In this document: piece by piece, positions 1 through 9,611 of the stretch | Layout of the letters: each line of letters opens with the position of its first letter | Position numbering within the stretch: position 1 is the stretch's first letter | Source: Parcubacteria group bacterium Athens0714_12 | Lineage (GTDB): Bacteria; Patescibacteriota; Patescibacteriia; UBA2591; VMGY01 | Reading direction: 5' to 3' | Assembly: GCA_007378955.1 (NCBI GenBank) | Contig: VMGY01000002.1 | Coordinates: 1 to 53,965 of the forward strand | Length of the DNA stretch: 53,965 nucleotides | Made by a program: the position numbers and the translations under genes | The notes under the pieces: generated by a model | The model's database searches: none | What the model was told of the DNA's origin: nothing | What the model saw: only the letters and a program-made list of their open reading frames with translations

Positions 1-725
1 GCTCTGGCGACCGCCTGAGTTTTGGCGATTTTTCTTTCCGTGGGAAAAACTTTATCACAGTAAAATTCCGGGTCTAATTTGTCGTTGTTAAAGTAAACTT
101 TGATAATCATAGTTGAAACTGGCGAAAAAATAACCGGCACCACCAATTGGTTGTCATTTTCCGGCAAACCAGAAGGATTATCTTTTATCAAAACCAACTT
201 CCCTTTTTTGTCTGACGGCGCGTTAAATTCAAGCATTACCGTAAATGGCACAAAATCTTCAGTCATCCATTCGCCTTGAGCCGAGGCAATGCCAACCGCA
301 ACAACATTATCATTTTGGTCTAATAATTTCACCGGAAAATCGCCTTCAAAAAACCATATGCCTCGTGCTTCGCCTTCTATCATTAAAGGGCTATTAATAG
401 TTTGATTAGGCCTCGGAACATTGACTCTGATTAAATTTGTTTTTTCAAGCTCATTGCTAATCTCCTCAACATATAAATTCCCCTCCGTGTCGCGGCATTG
501 CCGAGGATAAGATTCCATTACCGGATTGCCGGCCTCAAGGCAAGTTTTAAAATCATAAATTTGCCCTTCCTTGAAAGGACAAAACTCTGTCGGCATTGGC
601 GCGCTTGGATTGCCATGCCTAATCCACTGCCCGTTTTCGCAAATCCAACTATCCTCGTTGCTCAAAAGTTTTATCGCGAAAATAATTATAACAACAATAA
701 TAAGAGCTAAAAAAACTTTTTTCAT
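1..725 (-). CDS. Membrane-anchored protein with Gmad2-like Ig domain and start of a GerMN-like domain (runs off window start)
   Basis: Manual translation from ATG at 725: MKKVFLALIIVVIIIF (TM), ESYPRQC, EGEARGIWFFEGDFPVKLLD, GEWMTEDFVPF, KDNPSGLPEND; absent from ORF track because open at the edge. Confidence 0.75.
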   Translation of the reverse strand, partial: MKKVFLALIIVVIIIFAIKLLSNEDSWICENGQWIRHGNPSAPMPTEFCPFKEGQIYDFKTCLEAGNPVMESYPRQCRDTEGNLYVEEISNELEKTNLIRVNVPRPNQTINSPLMIEGEARGIWFFEGDFPVKLLDQNDNVVAVGIASAQGEWMTEDFVPFTVMLEFNAPSDKKGKLVLIKDNPSGLPENDNQLVVPVIFSPVSTMIIKVYFNNDKLDPEFYCDKVFPTERKIAKTQAVAR

Positions 726-749
726 AAATTATTTAAAAAAATTTAAAAA

Positions 750-1907
750 TCAATTTCTATTTCTTTCCAATTTTGCCATTGCCTTTTTCTTTTCCGAAAA
801 AGGCATTTTGGTTTTTTGGATTAATTTGTTGAAAAAATTAATCGTCGCGTCGTAAGTTTCTCGGTCAACAGGATAAGGCGTGGCGTCTTTGCCGCCATGG
901 GCGAAAGAATATCTGGCCGGGTCCTCGTAAGACGGTTTGGCGCCGTAAATCACTTCTGAAGTCAAACTCAATGCCCTGATTGTTTTCGGTCCCACCCCCT
1001 CCAATGACAAAAGATTTTCATAGCTTTCCGGTCGGCGTTCACAGACCTGCCATAAAACTTTTTCCAAATATTTGCTTTTGGAAAAATCCTCACGCTCCAC
1101 GGGGTGATGATGAAATTCCTTATTTTCCAAATTTAAAAATGTAGTTTGCCTCTGTCCGCATTTTAAAGAAATCATTTGAGATAATTTTGATGAGTGCTTC
1201 CTTAAAATTTTTATGTCTTTCATTAAACTGGCATAGCCGCCTTGGACTAATTCTTTACTTGTTTCACGGGTTTTCCCGCTTTTTTTGGCGGTCAAATCCA
1301 AAGTTGAAGATTTCATCTGACTGGCAATGCCTGAATGCGGTTCGCTCACCAAATCAGTGATTTTTTTGGAATACCAATGGTAACGCCGCGCGGTCTGATT
1401 TTCCGCGTTCATCCCCTGCTGAACAACTGCCCATGCGCCATTTTTAGAAAAGAAAAAAGTATGATGGTAAATCTGGAAACCGTCTTGCACCAAAGCGCTG
1501 TCAACTTTAGCCGCCATTCTGGAATTATAAACCAAATTATCAACTTGAGCCGCCGGCAGACTCAAAATACTTCCCCATCCCTTGATTTGCTCCGGCGTTT
1601 TGCGGGAAGTTTTTCCCTTGCCGCCGCAAATAAAAATTCCCAATTCTTTTTCATTTCTTCTGAGTGCCTCTTTCAAAGCCGCGGTCAAAATTGTCGTCAA
1701 TCCCGAAGCGTTCCAATCAAATGCTAAAACCGTGCCCAATGACTGGAACCAAACAGGATCAGCGATTCTTTTGATAAATTCATCTGGCCCGTATTCAATA
1801 TTCATCACTTCTATAATTTCTCTGCCCAATTTCACCATTCTTTCAAACAGCCATTTCGGACACTTGCCATAGTCCAATGTAAATGTGGCAATCCCTTTTT
1901 GTATCAT
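750..1907 (-). CDS. DUF763 family protein
   Basis: Motifs DPVWFQSLG, DWNASGLTT, GGKGKTSRKTP, VQQGMN, ARRYHW, SFAHGGKD. Confidence 0.85.
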   Translation of the reverse strand: MIQKGIATFTLDYGKCPKWLFERMVKLGREIIEVMNIEYGPDEFIKRIADPVWFQSLGTVLAFDWNASGLTTILTAALKEALRRNEKELGIFICGGKGKTSRKTPEQIKGWGSILSLPAAQVDNLVYNSRMAAKVDSALVQDGFQIYHHTFFFSKNGAWAVVQQGMNAENQTARRYHWYSKKITDLVSEPHSGIASQMKSSTLDLTAKKSGKTRETSKELVQGGYASLMKDIKILRKHSSKLSQMISLKCGQRQTTFLNLENKEFHHHPVEREDFSKSKYLEKVLWQVCERRPESYENLLSLEGVGPKTIRALSLTSEVIYGAKPSYEDPARYSFAHGGKDATPYPVDRETYDATINFFNKLIQKTKMPFSEKKKAMAKLERNRN

Positions 1908-2042
1908 ATTTTTATATTAACAAAAAATTCTCTGTTTGACGAATTTGACTTTTTAATAGAATGCTGATAATTTAAAAATTAAAAAGAATGGGACATCTGA
2001 TGCTCAAATTCATCAAAAGAGAATATTAAACGCAAAAAAAGT

Positions 2043-2072
2043 AAAGGGACGGAATTTATCCGTCCCTTTTTT
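2043..2072. terminator. Intrinsic terminator hairpin, probably bidirectional
   Basis: aaagggacgga-attta-tccgtcccttt with T run; directly after the stop of 2074..2664. Confidence 0.7.
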
Positions 2073-2073
2073 A

Positions 2074-2664
2074 TTAATAATAATTCAATCCTTTATGTTT
2101 TAACTGTTTTTTAATTTTGGAATAATCGGGAATAGTTTCAGCGAGCAAATTCCAAAAATTTCGCGAATGGTTGAATTCTTTTAAGTGGCACAATTCGTGG
2201 GCGATGATATAGCCGGCAAAATTTTCGGGAAGCAAAACAATTTTATAATTAAAATTCAAGTTTCTTTTTTTTGAACAGCTCCCCCATCTGGTTTTCTGAT
2301 TTTTAATATTTATTTTATTGAATTTAAAGTTATAAATTTTATTGAAATAATTAATTCTCTCATTTACTAATTTCCGCGCCTCTTCTTTGTATTTTAAATA
2401 ATTCCCGCGGCTATTTTTAATCGGAATGTTTTTAAATTTTTTAAAATGTTCTAATTTGGACAAAATCCAGCTCGCTTTCTGGATTATAAATTTTTCTGCG
2501 ATATTATCGCTCAAACGCATTGGCTTAGTCACCACCAAGCTGCTGTCGCAATAAACTACCAGCCGCATCCTTCTCGCCTTCTTGCTTGTCCTCAAAATAT
2601 AACCAACATTTTGATTACAAAGTATTATCTCTCTGCGCTGTTCGGAATAATCTTTTCTTTTCAT
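2074..2664 (-). CDS. YgjP/DUF45-like zinc metallohydrolase (M48/SprT-like)
   Basis: QKTRWGSCS, YIIAHELCHL (HExxH), NHSRNFW. Confidence 0.85.
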   Translation of the reverse strand: MKRKDYSEQRREIILCNQNVGYILRTSKKARRMRLVVYCDSSLVVTKPMRLSDNIAEKFIIQKASWILSKLEHFKKFKNIPIKNSRGNYLKYKEEARKLVNERINYFNKIYNFKFNKINIKNQKTRWGSCSKKRNLNFNYKIVLLPENFAGYIIAHELCHLKEFNHSRNFWNLLAETIPDYSKIKKQLKHKGLNYY

Positions 2665-2681
2665 AATTCGTATAATAAAAT

Positions 2682-2805
2682 GAGATGGTTACAAAACTCT
2701 TTCGTGGCGAAATTTAGATAGTTTCAGTCAAGGCGAGGAAAACAAGTAAAATGATTTGAGTCGTAGTAGAATTACGGCGAAAATCATTTTGCGCCGTTTG
2801 ACGAA
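2682..2805. mobile_element. Truncated copy of MITE-like family A
   Basis: Reverse-complement match to the right ~125 bp of 37834..38008 (gagatggttacaaaact...aaggcgaggaaa...aattacggcgaaaatcatttt). Confidence 0.8.
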
Positions 2806-2881
2806 TTAATTATACCAAAAATCGCCGCTTGCGACGATTTTATTAAATAACATCATTACACGTTGAATAAAGTTTTGAAGG

Positions 2882-3490
2882 TTATTTTAATTTAAAACTT
2901 TGCGCTGTCTGATAAAATAAATCTTTGTAATTCGGCCAATAATTTTTCGTAGTGTTAAAACTTATTGTCCAAACGTCATTATTTTTTCCTTTAATTAAAA
3001 CAATTAAAACTTTAAAATCCGCCCCTTTTTGATTAACCTCTGATTCTATAAAATAAAAGTTCTTATCGCCAATAACATTGGATTTTTCATCAGTAAAAAT
3101 AATTCCCGGCACAGCTTGGACTAAAGAATCTTTGATGTATTTAACATATTCTTCTTCCGAGCGTCCATTAAAGGTGTCATAGCCAATGGAAAGATAGCTT
3201 TTAAAATTAATCTTTTTCACCGCTTCATCAATAATCTCTTCGTCGGCATTAACTACCATCGCGGAAACTCCGGTCGGCGCCGGCACTTCTCTCCATCCTG
3301 CCGGCTTATTTAAAGAAAAATCAGCTGTTGCTAAAATATTATTTTGATTTGGCTGGCTTTCTTCCCCTGATTTCACTATCTCCTGTTCAGCGCCTGTTAT
3401 TTCATTATTTTTGGAAAAATAAATCCCGATGCCGATTCCCGCGGCTAAGACAATTAAAATTACCGCGATAATTAAAATTTTGTTTTTCAT
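2882..3490 (-). CDS. Membrane-anchored PsbP/DcrB-like protein
   Basis: N-terminal TM, FSLNKPAGW, C-terminal FYQTAQSFKLK pattern. Confidence 0.55.
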   Translation of the reverse strand: MKNKILIIAVILIVLAAGIGIGIYFSKNNEITGAEQEIVKSGEESQPNQNNILATADFSLNKPAGWREVPAPTGVSAMVVNADEEIIDEAVKKINFKSYLSIGYDTFNGRSEEEYVKYIKDSLVQAVPGIIFTDEKSNVIGDKNFYFIESEVNQKGADFKVLIVLIKGKNNDVWTISFNTTKNYWPNYKDLFYQTAQSFKLK

Positions 3491-3566
3491 AAATTATTTG
3501 GATTAATAATAAATCTAATCTCTCCCACCGCAATATTTTTTAATTTTATTTTTTAGCCCGCGAGAA

Positions 3567-4031
3567 TTATACCTCTTCAAAACTCACTAATTCCTGCTCG
3601 AGAATAATATCAGATTCTCCAAAAAGGAACTTTCCTTTAAATTTTTTTCCGCTTAAAAACAATGGCATCCAATGTATACCATCCGGCCACATTTCTTTGA
3701 ATGGAATTTCATTAACGTGAAACCATCGCGGTTTCATTTCTTCGCTTTCCATCGGCTCTCCTGAAAAATTTTCCGACTTAAAAATGTGAACTTGCAAGAT
3801 TTCAGGATCGCCCTTGAATTCAAAATCTATAATTCCGACTTTATCCAAATTTATAATTTCTATTCCCGCTTCTTCTTTTATCTCTCTTTTCGCCGCATCT
3901 TCTATTGTTTCCGCCGCGGAAACTTTACCGCCGAAACCATTCCATCTCCCCGCTCCAAATCCACGCTTCTTCATTCCGAGTAGTATTTTCGGATGTTGAT
4001 GAATTATGCAGAGTGTTAATAATTTTTTCAT
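3567..4031 (-). CDS. NUDIX hydrolase, MTH1/MutT-like 8-oxo-dGTP diphosphatase
   Basis: LLGMKKRGFGAGRWNGFGGKV and Nudix box AAKREIKEEAG; start placed at ATG 4031 just after the secA stop. Confidence 0.85.
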   Translation of the reverse strand: MKKLLTLCIIHQHPKILLGMKKRGFGAGRWNGFGGKVSAAETIEDAAKREIKEEAGIEIINLDKVGIIDFEFKGDPEILQVHIFKSENFSGEPMESEEMKPRWFHVNEIPFKEMWPDGIHWMPLFLSGKKFKGKFLFGESDIILEQELVSFEEV

Positions 4032-4032
4032 A

Positions 4033-6771
4033 TTATTTTCCGCAACATTTCTTATATTTCTTCCTCGATCCGCACGGACAGGGGTCGTTGCGGCCGATTT
4101 TATGGCCGGATTGGTCGCGGACTTTTTCAGAAACAATGCTCTCTTCGTACCCCTGCCCCTCCATTGGTGATTTGCCATTTTTAAATTCCGTGAATTCTCC
4201 CTTTCCCTTTTCCATTGTTTTCGCGGGTGCCATTATTCTCATTCTTGCCGTTCTTTGCATCGCCGAAGGCGCGATTTCGCGCGCCAAACCAACTTTATAA
4301 ATACTGTAAACAACCTGGGAATTAATCATATTTATTAATTGGGTAAAAGATTTATACGCTTCTTCTTTATATTCAACCAAGGGGTCCCTTTGAGCATATC
4401 CGCGCAAGCCAATACCTGTCCGCAAATAATCCATCTGTTCCAAATGTTCTATCCATAAAGTGTCAATCGTCCTTAAAACAATCGCTTTTTCCAATTGGTG
4501 AACTAAATTTTCATCAGCGATTTTTTCTTCCAGCTTGTCGTAAGCCTTGGCCGCCAAAGCCGCCAAATATTCTATAATCTTGGTCCTGCTTTCCATTGCC
4601 TCGCTTTTATTGCCATTTCTTAATTCGCCCAATTTAATTCTGTCATTCTGACGTAAAGGAAAAATAGTGTTTACCACTTCATAAATTTCTTCCAGATTCC
4701 AAGTTTCTTTTGTTTCGCCGGCAGTATGGAATAAAATCACCTGTTCAATTTCATTTTCCACCATTTCTAAAATTTTCTTCCGCAAACCCCTTGACGCCGC
4801 TTTGCTTAATCCCAAAATTTCTTTCCTTTTTTTATAAATCGTCTGGCGATGTTTATTCATCACATCGTCATATTCTAAAAGATGTTTTCTTAAATCAAAA
4901 TTATAACCCTCCACTTTATTTTGGGCAGTTTCAATGGAGCGGGAAATTAATTTATTTTCAATCGGCATATCATCAGGCACGCCCAAACGCTCCATAATAT
5001 TCTTCATTCTCTCCGAGCCAAAAACGCGCATCAAATCATCCTCCATGGAAACATAAAACTGCGAAGAGCCCGGGTCTCCTTGCCTGCCCGCGCGCCCTCT
5101 TAATTGGTCGTCAATTCTTCTCGCTTCGTGCCTTTCAGTACCCAAAACATGCAAACCGCCTAATTTTTTCACTTTTTCTTGTTCCACTGAATCAGCCGGA
5201 CTGCCGCCTAAAATAATATCCACGCCCCTGCCCGCCATATTTGTCGCTACAGTCACCGCACCCAATCTTCCTGCCTGCGATAAAATTTGGGCTTCTCTTT
5301 CATGATACTTGGCGTTTAAAAGTTGGTGCGTTACGCCTTCTCTTTCCAATAATTCGCTAATTAATTCATTTTTTTCAATAGAAATCGTGCCAATTAAAAC
5401 CGGCTGGCCTTTTTGATGAAGATTTTTCACCTCTTCGGCCACGGCTTTTAATTTGCCCATTTCATTTTTATAAATCCGGTCGGATAAAACTTTTCTAACC
5501 AATGGCTTGTTGGTCGGCGCGACAATCACATCCAAATTATAAACTTTATGAAATTCTTCGGCGTTAGTGACGGCCGTGCCGGTCATCCCGGCTAATTTTT
5601 GGTACATTCTAAAATAATTTTGAAAAGTAATACTCGCCAAAGTAACGCTTTCTCTTTTTATTTGGACTCTTTCTTTGGCTTCAATCGCTTGGTGCAATCC
5701 TTCGCTATATCGCCTTCCATTCATTAAACGACCGGTAAATTCGTCTATGATGATTATTTCCCCTTCTTTGACTACATAATCTTTGTCTTTTTTAAATAAA
5801 GTTTGGGCTTTTAGCGCTTGTTCCAAATGATGAACCATCTGCAAGCCGCCTTCAGTATAAATATTTCCCATATTCAGCCATTTTTCAATTTTATTAATAC
5901 CTTCTTCAGTTAAAGTCGCGCTGCGCATTTTCTCGTCAATATTATAATCTCCTTGCCCTGAGCTTGTCGAAGGGTCATTTTCTTTTAAATGTTTTATTAA
6001 TTCAGCGAATTTATAATATAAATCAGCCGACTCTTCGGCCGGCGCGGAGATAATCAAAGGCGTTCTCGCCTCGTCAATTAAAATAGAATCCACTTCGTCA
6101 ATAATGGCGAAATTCAAAGGCCGCTGAGCCATTTCTTCCGAATCATAAACCATATTATCGCGCAAATAATCAAAGCCGAATTCATTATTAGTGCCGTATA
6201 AAATGTCTGCTTGATACGCTTCCTTGCGCAAAACTTCCCGCAATTCCTCGCCGCTGCCCAAATCAGTTTCCCGGCCATTTGCTTTAGGTTCGTATAAATA
6301 AGATTTTTCATGATTTAAAACACTTGTTTTTAATCCCAATAAATAATAAATCTTGCCCATCCATTCCACGTCTCTTCTAGCCAAATAATCATTGACTGTC
6401 ACCAAATGGCATCCTTTGCCAGTTAGCGCGTTTAAATAAAGCGGCAAAGTGGCGACTAAAGTTTTTCCTTCGCCTGTTTTCATTTCCACGATTTTTCCTT
6501 GATGCAAGGAAATGCCGCCTAATAATTGAACGTCAAAATGACGCATTTTTAGGGCTCTTTTGGACACCTCCTTGACCACGGTAAAAGCTTCGGGCAATAA
6601 ATCTTCTAAAGTTTCGCCTTTGACTAAACGTTCTTTAAATTTATCGGTTTGCCCTTTTAATTTTTCAAGCGAAAAAGACTGGAATCTTTCTTCCAGTTGG
6701 TTTATTTTATCTATTGTTGGCTGAAGTTTATTTAAAAATTTTTTATTCGGGTCGCCGAAAAAATTAAACAT
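4033..6771 (-). CDS. secA: Preprotein translocase ATPase SecA
   Basis: EMKTGEGKT, VTVNDYLA, IIDEVDSILIDEARTPLIIS, ATNMAGRG, C-terminal GRNDPCPCGS..KYKKCC. Confidence 0.98.
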   Translation of the reverse strand: MFNFFGDPNKKFLNKLQPTIDKINQLEERFQSFSLEKLKGQTDKFKERLVKGETLEDLLPEAFTVVKEVSKRALKMRHFDVQLLGGISLHQGKIVEMKTGEGKTLVATLPLYLNALTGKGCHLVTVNDYLARRDVEWMGKIYYLLGLKTSVLNHEKSYLYEPKANGRETDLGSGEELREVLRKEAYQADILYGTNNEFGFDYLRDNMVYDSEEMAQRPLNFAIIDEVDSILIDEARTPLIISAPAEESADLYYKFAELIKHLKENDPSTSSGQGDYNIDEKMRSATLTEEGINKIEKWLNMGNIYTEGGLQMVHHLEQALKAQTLFKKDKDYVVKEGEIIIIDEFTGRLMNGRRYSEGLHQAIEAKERVQIKRESVTLASITFQNYFRMYQKLAGMTGTAVTNAEEFHKVYNLDVIVAPTNKPLVRKVLSDRIYKNEMGKLKAVAEEVKNLHQKGQPVLIGTISIEKNELISELLEREGVTHQLLNAKYHEREAQILSQAGRLGAVTVATNMAGRGVDIILGGSPADSVEQEKVKKLGGLHVLGTERHEARRIDDQLRGRAGRQGDPGSSQFYVSMEDDLMRVFGSERMKNIMERLGVPDDMPIENKLISRSIETAQNKVEGYNFDLRKHLLEYDDVMNKHRQTIYKKRKEILGLSKAASRGLRKKILEMVENEIEQVILFHTAGETKETWNLEEIYEVVNTIFPLRQNDRIKLGELRNGNKSEAMESRTKIIEYLAALAAKAYDKLEEKIADENLVHQLEKAIVLRTIDTLWIEHLEQMDYLRTGIGLRGYAQRDPLVEYKEEAYKSFTQLINMINSQVVYSIYKVGLAREIAPSAMQRTARMRIMAPAKTMEKGKGEFTEFKNGKSPMEGQGYEESIVSEKVRDQSGHKIGRNDPCPCGSRKKYKKCCGK
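5953..5973. repeat. Short hairpin element (family H) in frame within secA, encodes PSTSSGQ
   Basis: ttgccctgagcttgtcgaagg; related copies at 30914..30941 and 51263..51291. Confidence 0.7.
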
Positions 6772-6913
6772 ATAAATAATTAAAATAATTAATTCCTAAT
6801 TCTAAATAAATCCCAATGACCAATTTCCAAATACTAACTTAAATTCTAAATCTTAATATTAACCCTGAACTTAATTCGGGACAAAATCCAAATATTCAAA
6901 ATAGACGCAAATT

Positions 6914-7160
6914 GTCATTGCTCGCCCTGTTAAATAATTCGCGCAGCGAATTAAAAATCTCTAAAAATTTTATTTAACAGGGCAAGGAGCAACTCGGCCT
7001 TTAGCCGCGAGCGAAGCGTGACGGGACGCAGCAATCACCTTGTCTGCCGCAACTACCACGGGATTGCCGCGCTCCTTCCAGTCGCTCACAATGACAGCGT
7101 GAAAGAATGTCCTTGCGAGAAACCTCATTGGAAAAATCTTTTTGCTCCGCTCAGAATGGC
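6914..7160. repeat. Family D palindrome cluster (GTCATTGCGAG...GCAATC) interrupted by a family C element
   Basis: gtcattg...gcaatcacc, gggattgccgcgctccttccagtcgctcacaatgac. Confidence 0.85.
6925..6982. mobile_element. MITE-like family C element, 58 bp
   Basis: Terminal inverted repeats ccctgttaaata / tatttaacaggg. Confidence 0.75.
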
Positions 7161-7245
7161 AACCTTGATGTCAATTTAGAATTTGGGTATTGAAACTTGA
7201 TTAGACATTAGGTTAATTAAAAATTGGAATTTTAATCTTAGTGTT

Positions 7246-7659
7246 TTATTCATCCTCCCTTTCCTTATCTTTTATTTTCCTGAATAATGCCAAAGGATCT
7301 ATTGATTTCAAACTTTTAAAAAATCTCGCGCCGCGCAAATATAACGCTTTATCGCGTCCTTTATGTTTTTTAATCTGCTTAGTCAAAGATGTTTCGGCCA
7401 TATCCATCGCTGTCTGGACGTCCATTGCTCTTTCTTCGGCTCTGATTACCTTTTGTCCGGTCAATAAATCAATATTTACTTCCAATCTGACTAATTCGTC
7501 CGGGGTATGGCCAAAATTTTCACTTAAATCCACTTGAATTTGCCTGATATCATTGGCCGTATAACCGGCTTGCTTTAAAACTTTTTGCAATTTGCCAATA
7601 ATATAATCTTTGATTTCCTGCGTGAGATTGAAATTTTTCGCGTAGAATTGAACTTGCAT
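7246..7659 (-). CDS. hpf: Ribosome hibernation factor (HPF/RaiA family)
   Basis: MQVQFYAKNFNLTQEIKDYI..KL, IRAEE..DVQTAMD..LTKQIKKHK; upstream of secA. Confidence 0.8.
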   Translation of the reverse strand: MQVQFYAKNFNLTQEIKDYIIGKLQKVLKQAGYTANDIRQIQVDLSENFGHTPDELVRLEVNIDLLTGQKVIRAEERAMDVQTAMDMAETSLTKQIKKHKGRDKALYLRGARFFKSLKSIDPLALFRKIKDKEREDE

Positions 7660-7690
7660 AAATTAAATTGTTAAATATTAAAATGGAAAA

Positions 7691-9475
7691 TTATTCCATA
7701 ATCGCTTTAATTCGCCGCACGCCGGCGCTGGAACTTTTCTCGCTGATAATTTTAAAATAACTTATTTCTGAAGTATTTTCAATATGCGGACCGGCGCAAA
7801 TTTCTTTTGAATAATCGCCAATGGAATAAATTTTAACTATTTTTGGATATTTTTCTTTAAAGAAAGCCAAAACGCCTGATTTAATCGCCTCTTCGTAAGG
7901 CATTTCTTCTGTTTTAATTTCCAATTTTTCTTTGATTTTTTGATTGACGATTTCTTCTATTTTTTTCTTTTGTTCGTCAGTCAATTTTTCCGGATGCGTA
8001 AAATCAAATCTTAATCTTTCCGGCGTTAAATCAGAGCCAGCTTGCTGGATATGTCCGCCCAAAACATCTCTTAACGCTTGATGCAATAAATGAGTCGCAG
8101 TATGCAATTTAGTAATCTTGTATTTTTCCTCTTTTCCTATTTCTCCATTCAAGCCATGGCCGCCAAATTTATTTTTAACGCCGGCTCGGGAAATTTCCTG
8201 ATGACGCGCGAAAAAATCTTGAAAACTTTTTTCATCGATTTTTAAACCTTTTTCTTGCGCCAATTCTTTAGTTAATTCCAAAGGAAAGCCGTAAGTGTCA
8301 TAAAGATGAAAAACTTCTTCGCCGCTAATTACATTGTTAAATTGCTTTATTGTTACATTGTTAAATTGTTTTAAGCCTTTTTCTAATGTTTTGTTAAATT
8401 TTTCTTCTTCGTCTTGTAAAACTACTAAAATATCATTTTCTTTTCGCTTTAACTCTGGATAAGCTTCTTGATAATTTTTTATTACCGCTTGGGCGACAGG
8501 AATTAAAAAATTTTTCGGCAGATTTAAAATTTTACCATATCTGATTACTCGGCGCAAAATCCGGCGTAAAACATATCCCCTATCTTCTTTGCTCGGCAAA
8601 ATGCCGTCAGAAATTAAAAAGCAAGCGGCGCGCGAATGGTCGGCGATAATTCTGAATAATTTAACGTTATTTTGATATTTTTTTTCGCTTAATTCGGAAA
8701 TTTTTTCAATCATCGGCGCAAATAAATCTGTTTCAAAAAGGTCATCCTTATCCTGTTTAATCAAGGCCAATCTTTCCAATCCCATGCCTGTGTCAACATT
8801 TTTCGCCGGCAACTCTTTTAACTTGCCGTCGGCATCCTGAAAATATTCCATAAAAACCAAATTCCAAATTTCTATAAAACGTTGGCAATCTTTGTTTTTA
8901 CAAGCCGGAGAATGGCAATCCTCTCCGCATTTAAATTTTTTACCCAAATCATAATGAATTTCCGAGCAAGGGCCGCAAGGCCCTGAACTGGTTACCGGCC
9001 CCCAAAAATTACTTTCTCTTGAAAGTTTGACAATTCTTTTTTCGTCAACAAATTTTTGCCAAATTTTAAAACTTTCCTCGTCAAAAGGAGTTTCTTTATC
9101 GCCTTCAAAAACAGTAATCCAGAGTTTTTGTTCCGGGATTTTCATTTCTTTGGTGATAAAGTCCCGGGCAAAAACAATCGCCTCTTCTTTAAAATAATCG
9201 CCAAAAGACCAATTGCCCAACATTTCAAAAAATGTCAAATGCCTCAAATTGCCGACACTGTCAATGTCGGAAGTTCTGAAACATTTTTGCGTTGAAACAG
9301 CTCTTTGATAAGGCGGTTCTGTTTCGCCTGATAAATAAGGGACAAACTGCTGCATCCCCGCCGAGGTGAATAAAGCCGTAGGATCAGCTGGAATAAGAGA
9401 AGAAGAAGGCACAATTTGATGCCCTCTCTTCTCAAAAAAAGATAAAAATATTTTTCGCAATTCTTTTGAAGACAT
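7691..9475 (-). CDS. alaS: Alanine--tRNA ligase, short form lacking the C-Ala domain
   Basis: LFTSAGMQQF, HLTFFEMLGNWSFGDYFK, GPCGPCSEI, VDTGMGLER, HTATHLL, EICAGPH, AGVRRI. Confidence 0.95.
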   Translation of the reverse strand: MSSKELRKIFLSFFEKRGHQIVPSSSLIPADPTALFTSAGMQQFVPYLSGETEPPYQRAVSTQKCFRTSDIDSVGNLRHLTFFEMLGNWSFGDYFKEEAIVFARDFITKEMKIPEQKLWITVFEGDKETPFDEESFKIWQKFVDEKRIVKLSRESNFWGPVTSSGPCGPCSEIHYDLGKKFKCGEDCHSPACKNKDCQRFIEIWNLVFMEYFQDADGKLKELPAKNVDTGMGLERLALIKQDKDDLFETDLFAPMIEKISELSEKKYQNNVKLFRIIADHSRAACFLISDGILPSKEDRGYVLRRILRRVIRYGKILNLPKNFLIPVAQAVIKNYQEAYPELKRKENDILVVLQDEEEKFNKTLEKGLKQFNNVTIKQFNNVISGEEVFHLYDTYGFPLELTKELAQEKGLKIDEKSFQDFFARHQEISRAGVKNKFGGHGLNGEIGKEEKYKITKLHTATHLLHQALRDVLGGHIQQAGSDLTPERLRFDFTHPEKLTDEQKKKIEEIVNQKIKEKLEIKTEEMPYEEAIKSGVLAFFKEKYPKIVKIYSIGDYSKEICAGPHIENTSEISYFKIISEKSSSAGVRRIKAIME

Positions 9476-9611
9476 AATTCTTTTAATTATCAATTCTCAA
9501 TTTTCAATCAAATCCCAATACTACGAACTTTGAATAAATCTGACAAGGAAAAAAAGACTCCTTGCAATGATAATTTATGCCAGTTTTGAACATTTAAATT
9601 TTTATTAGCAA

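Noticed and set aside
4032-4178. N-terminal extension of the NUDIX ORF
   Set aside because: Overlaps the secA 3' end; homology starts at ATG 4031
7691-9475. alaS as a truncated pseudogene
   Set aside because: Aminoacylation and editing motifs intact; short AlaRS forms are known
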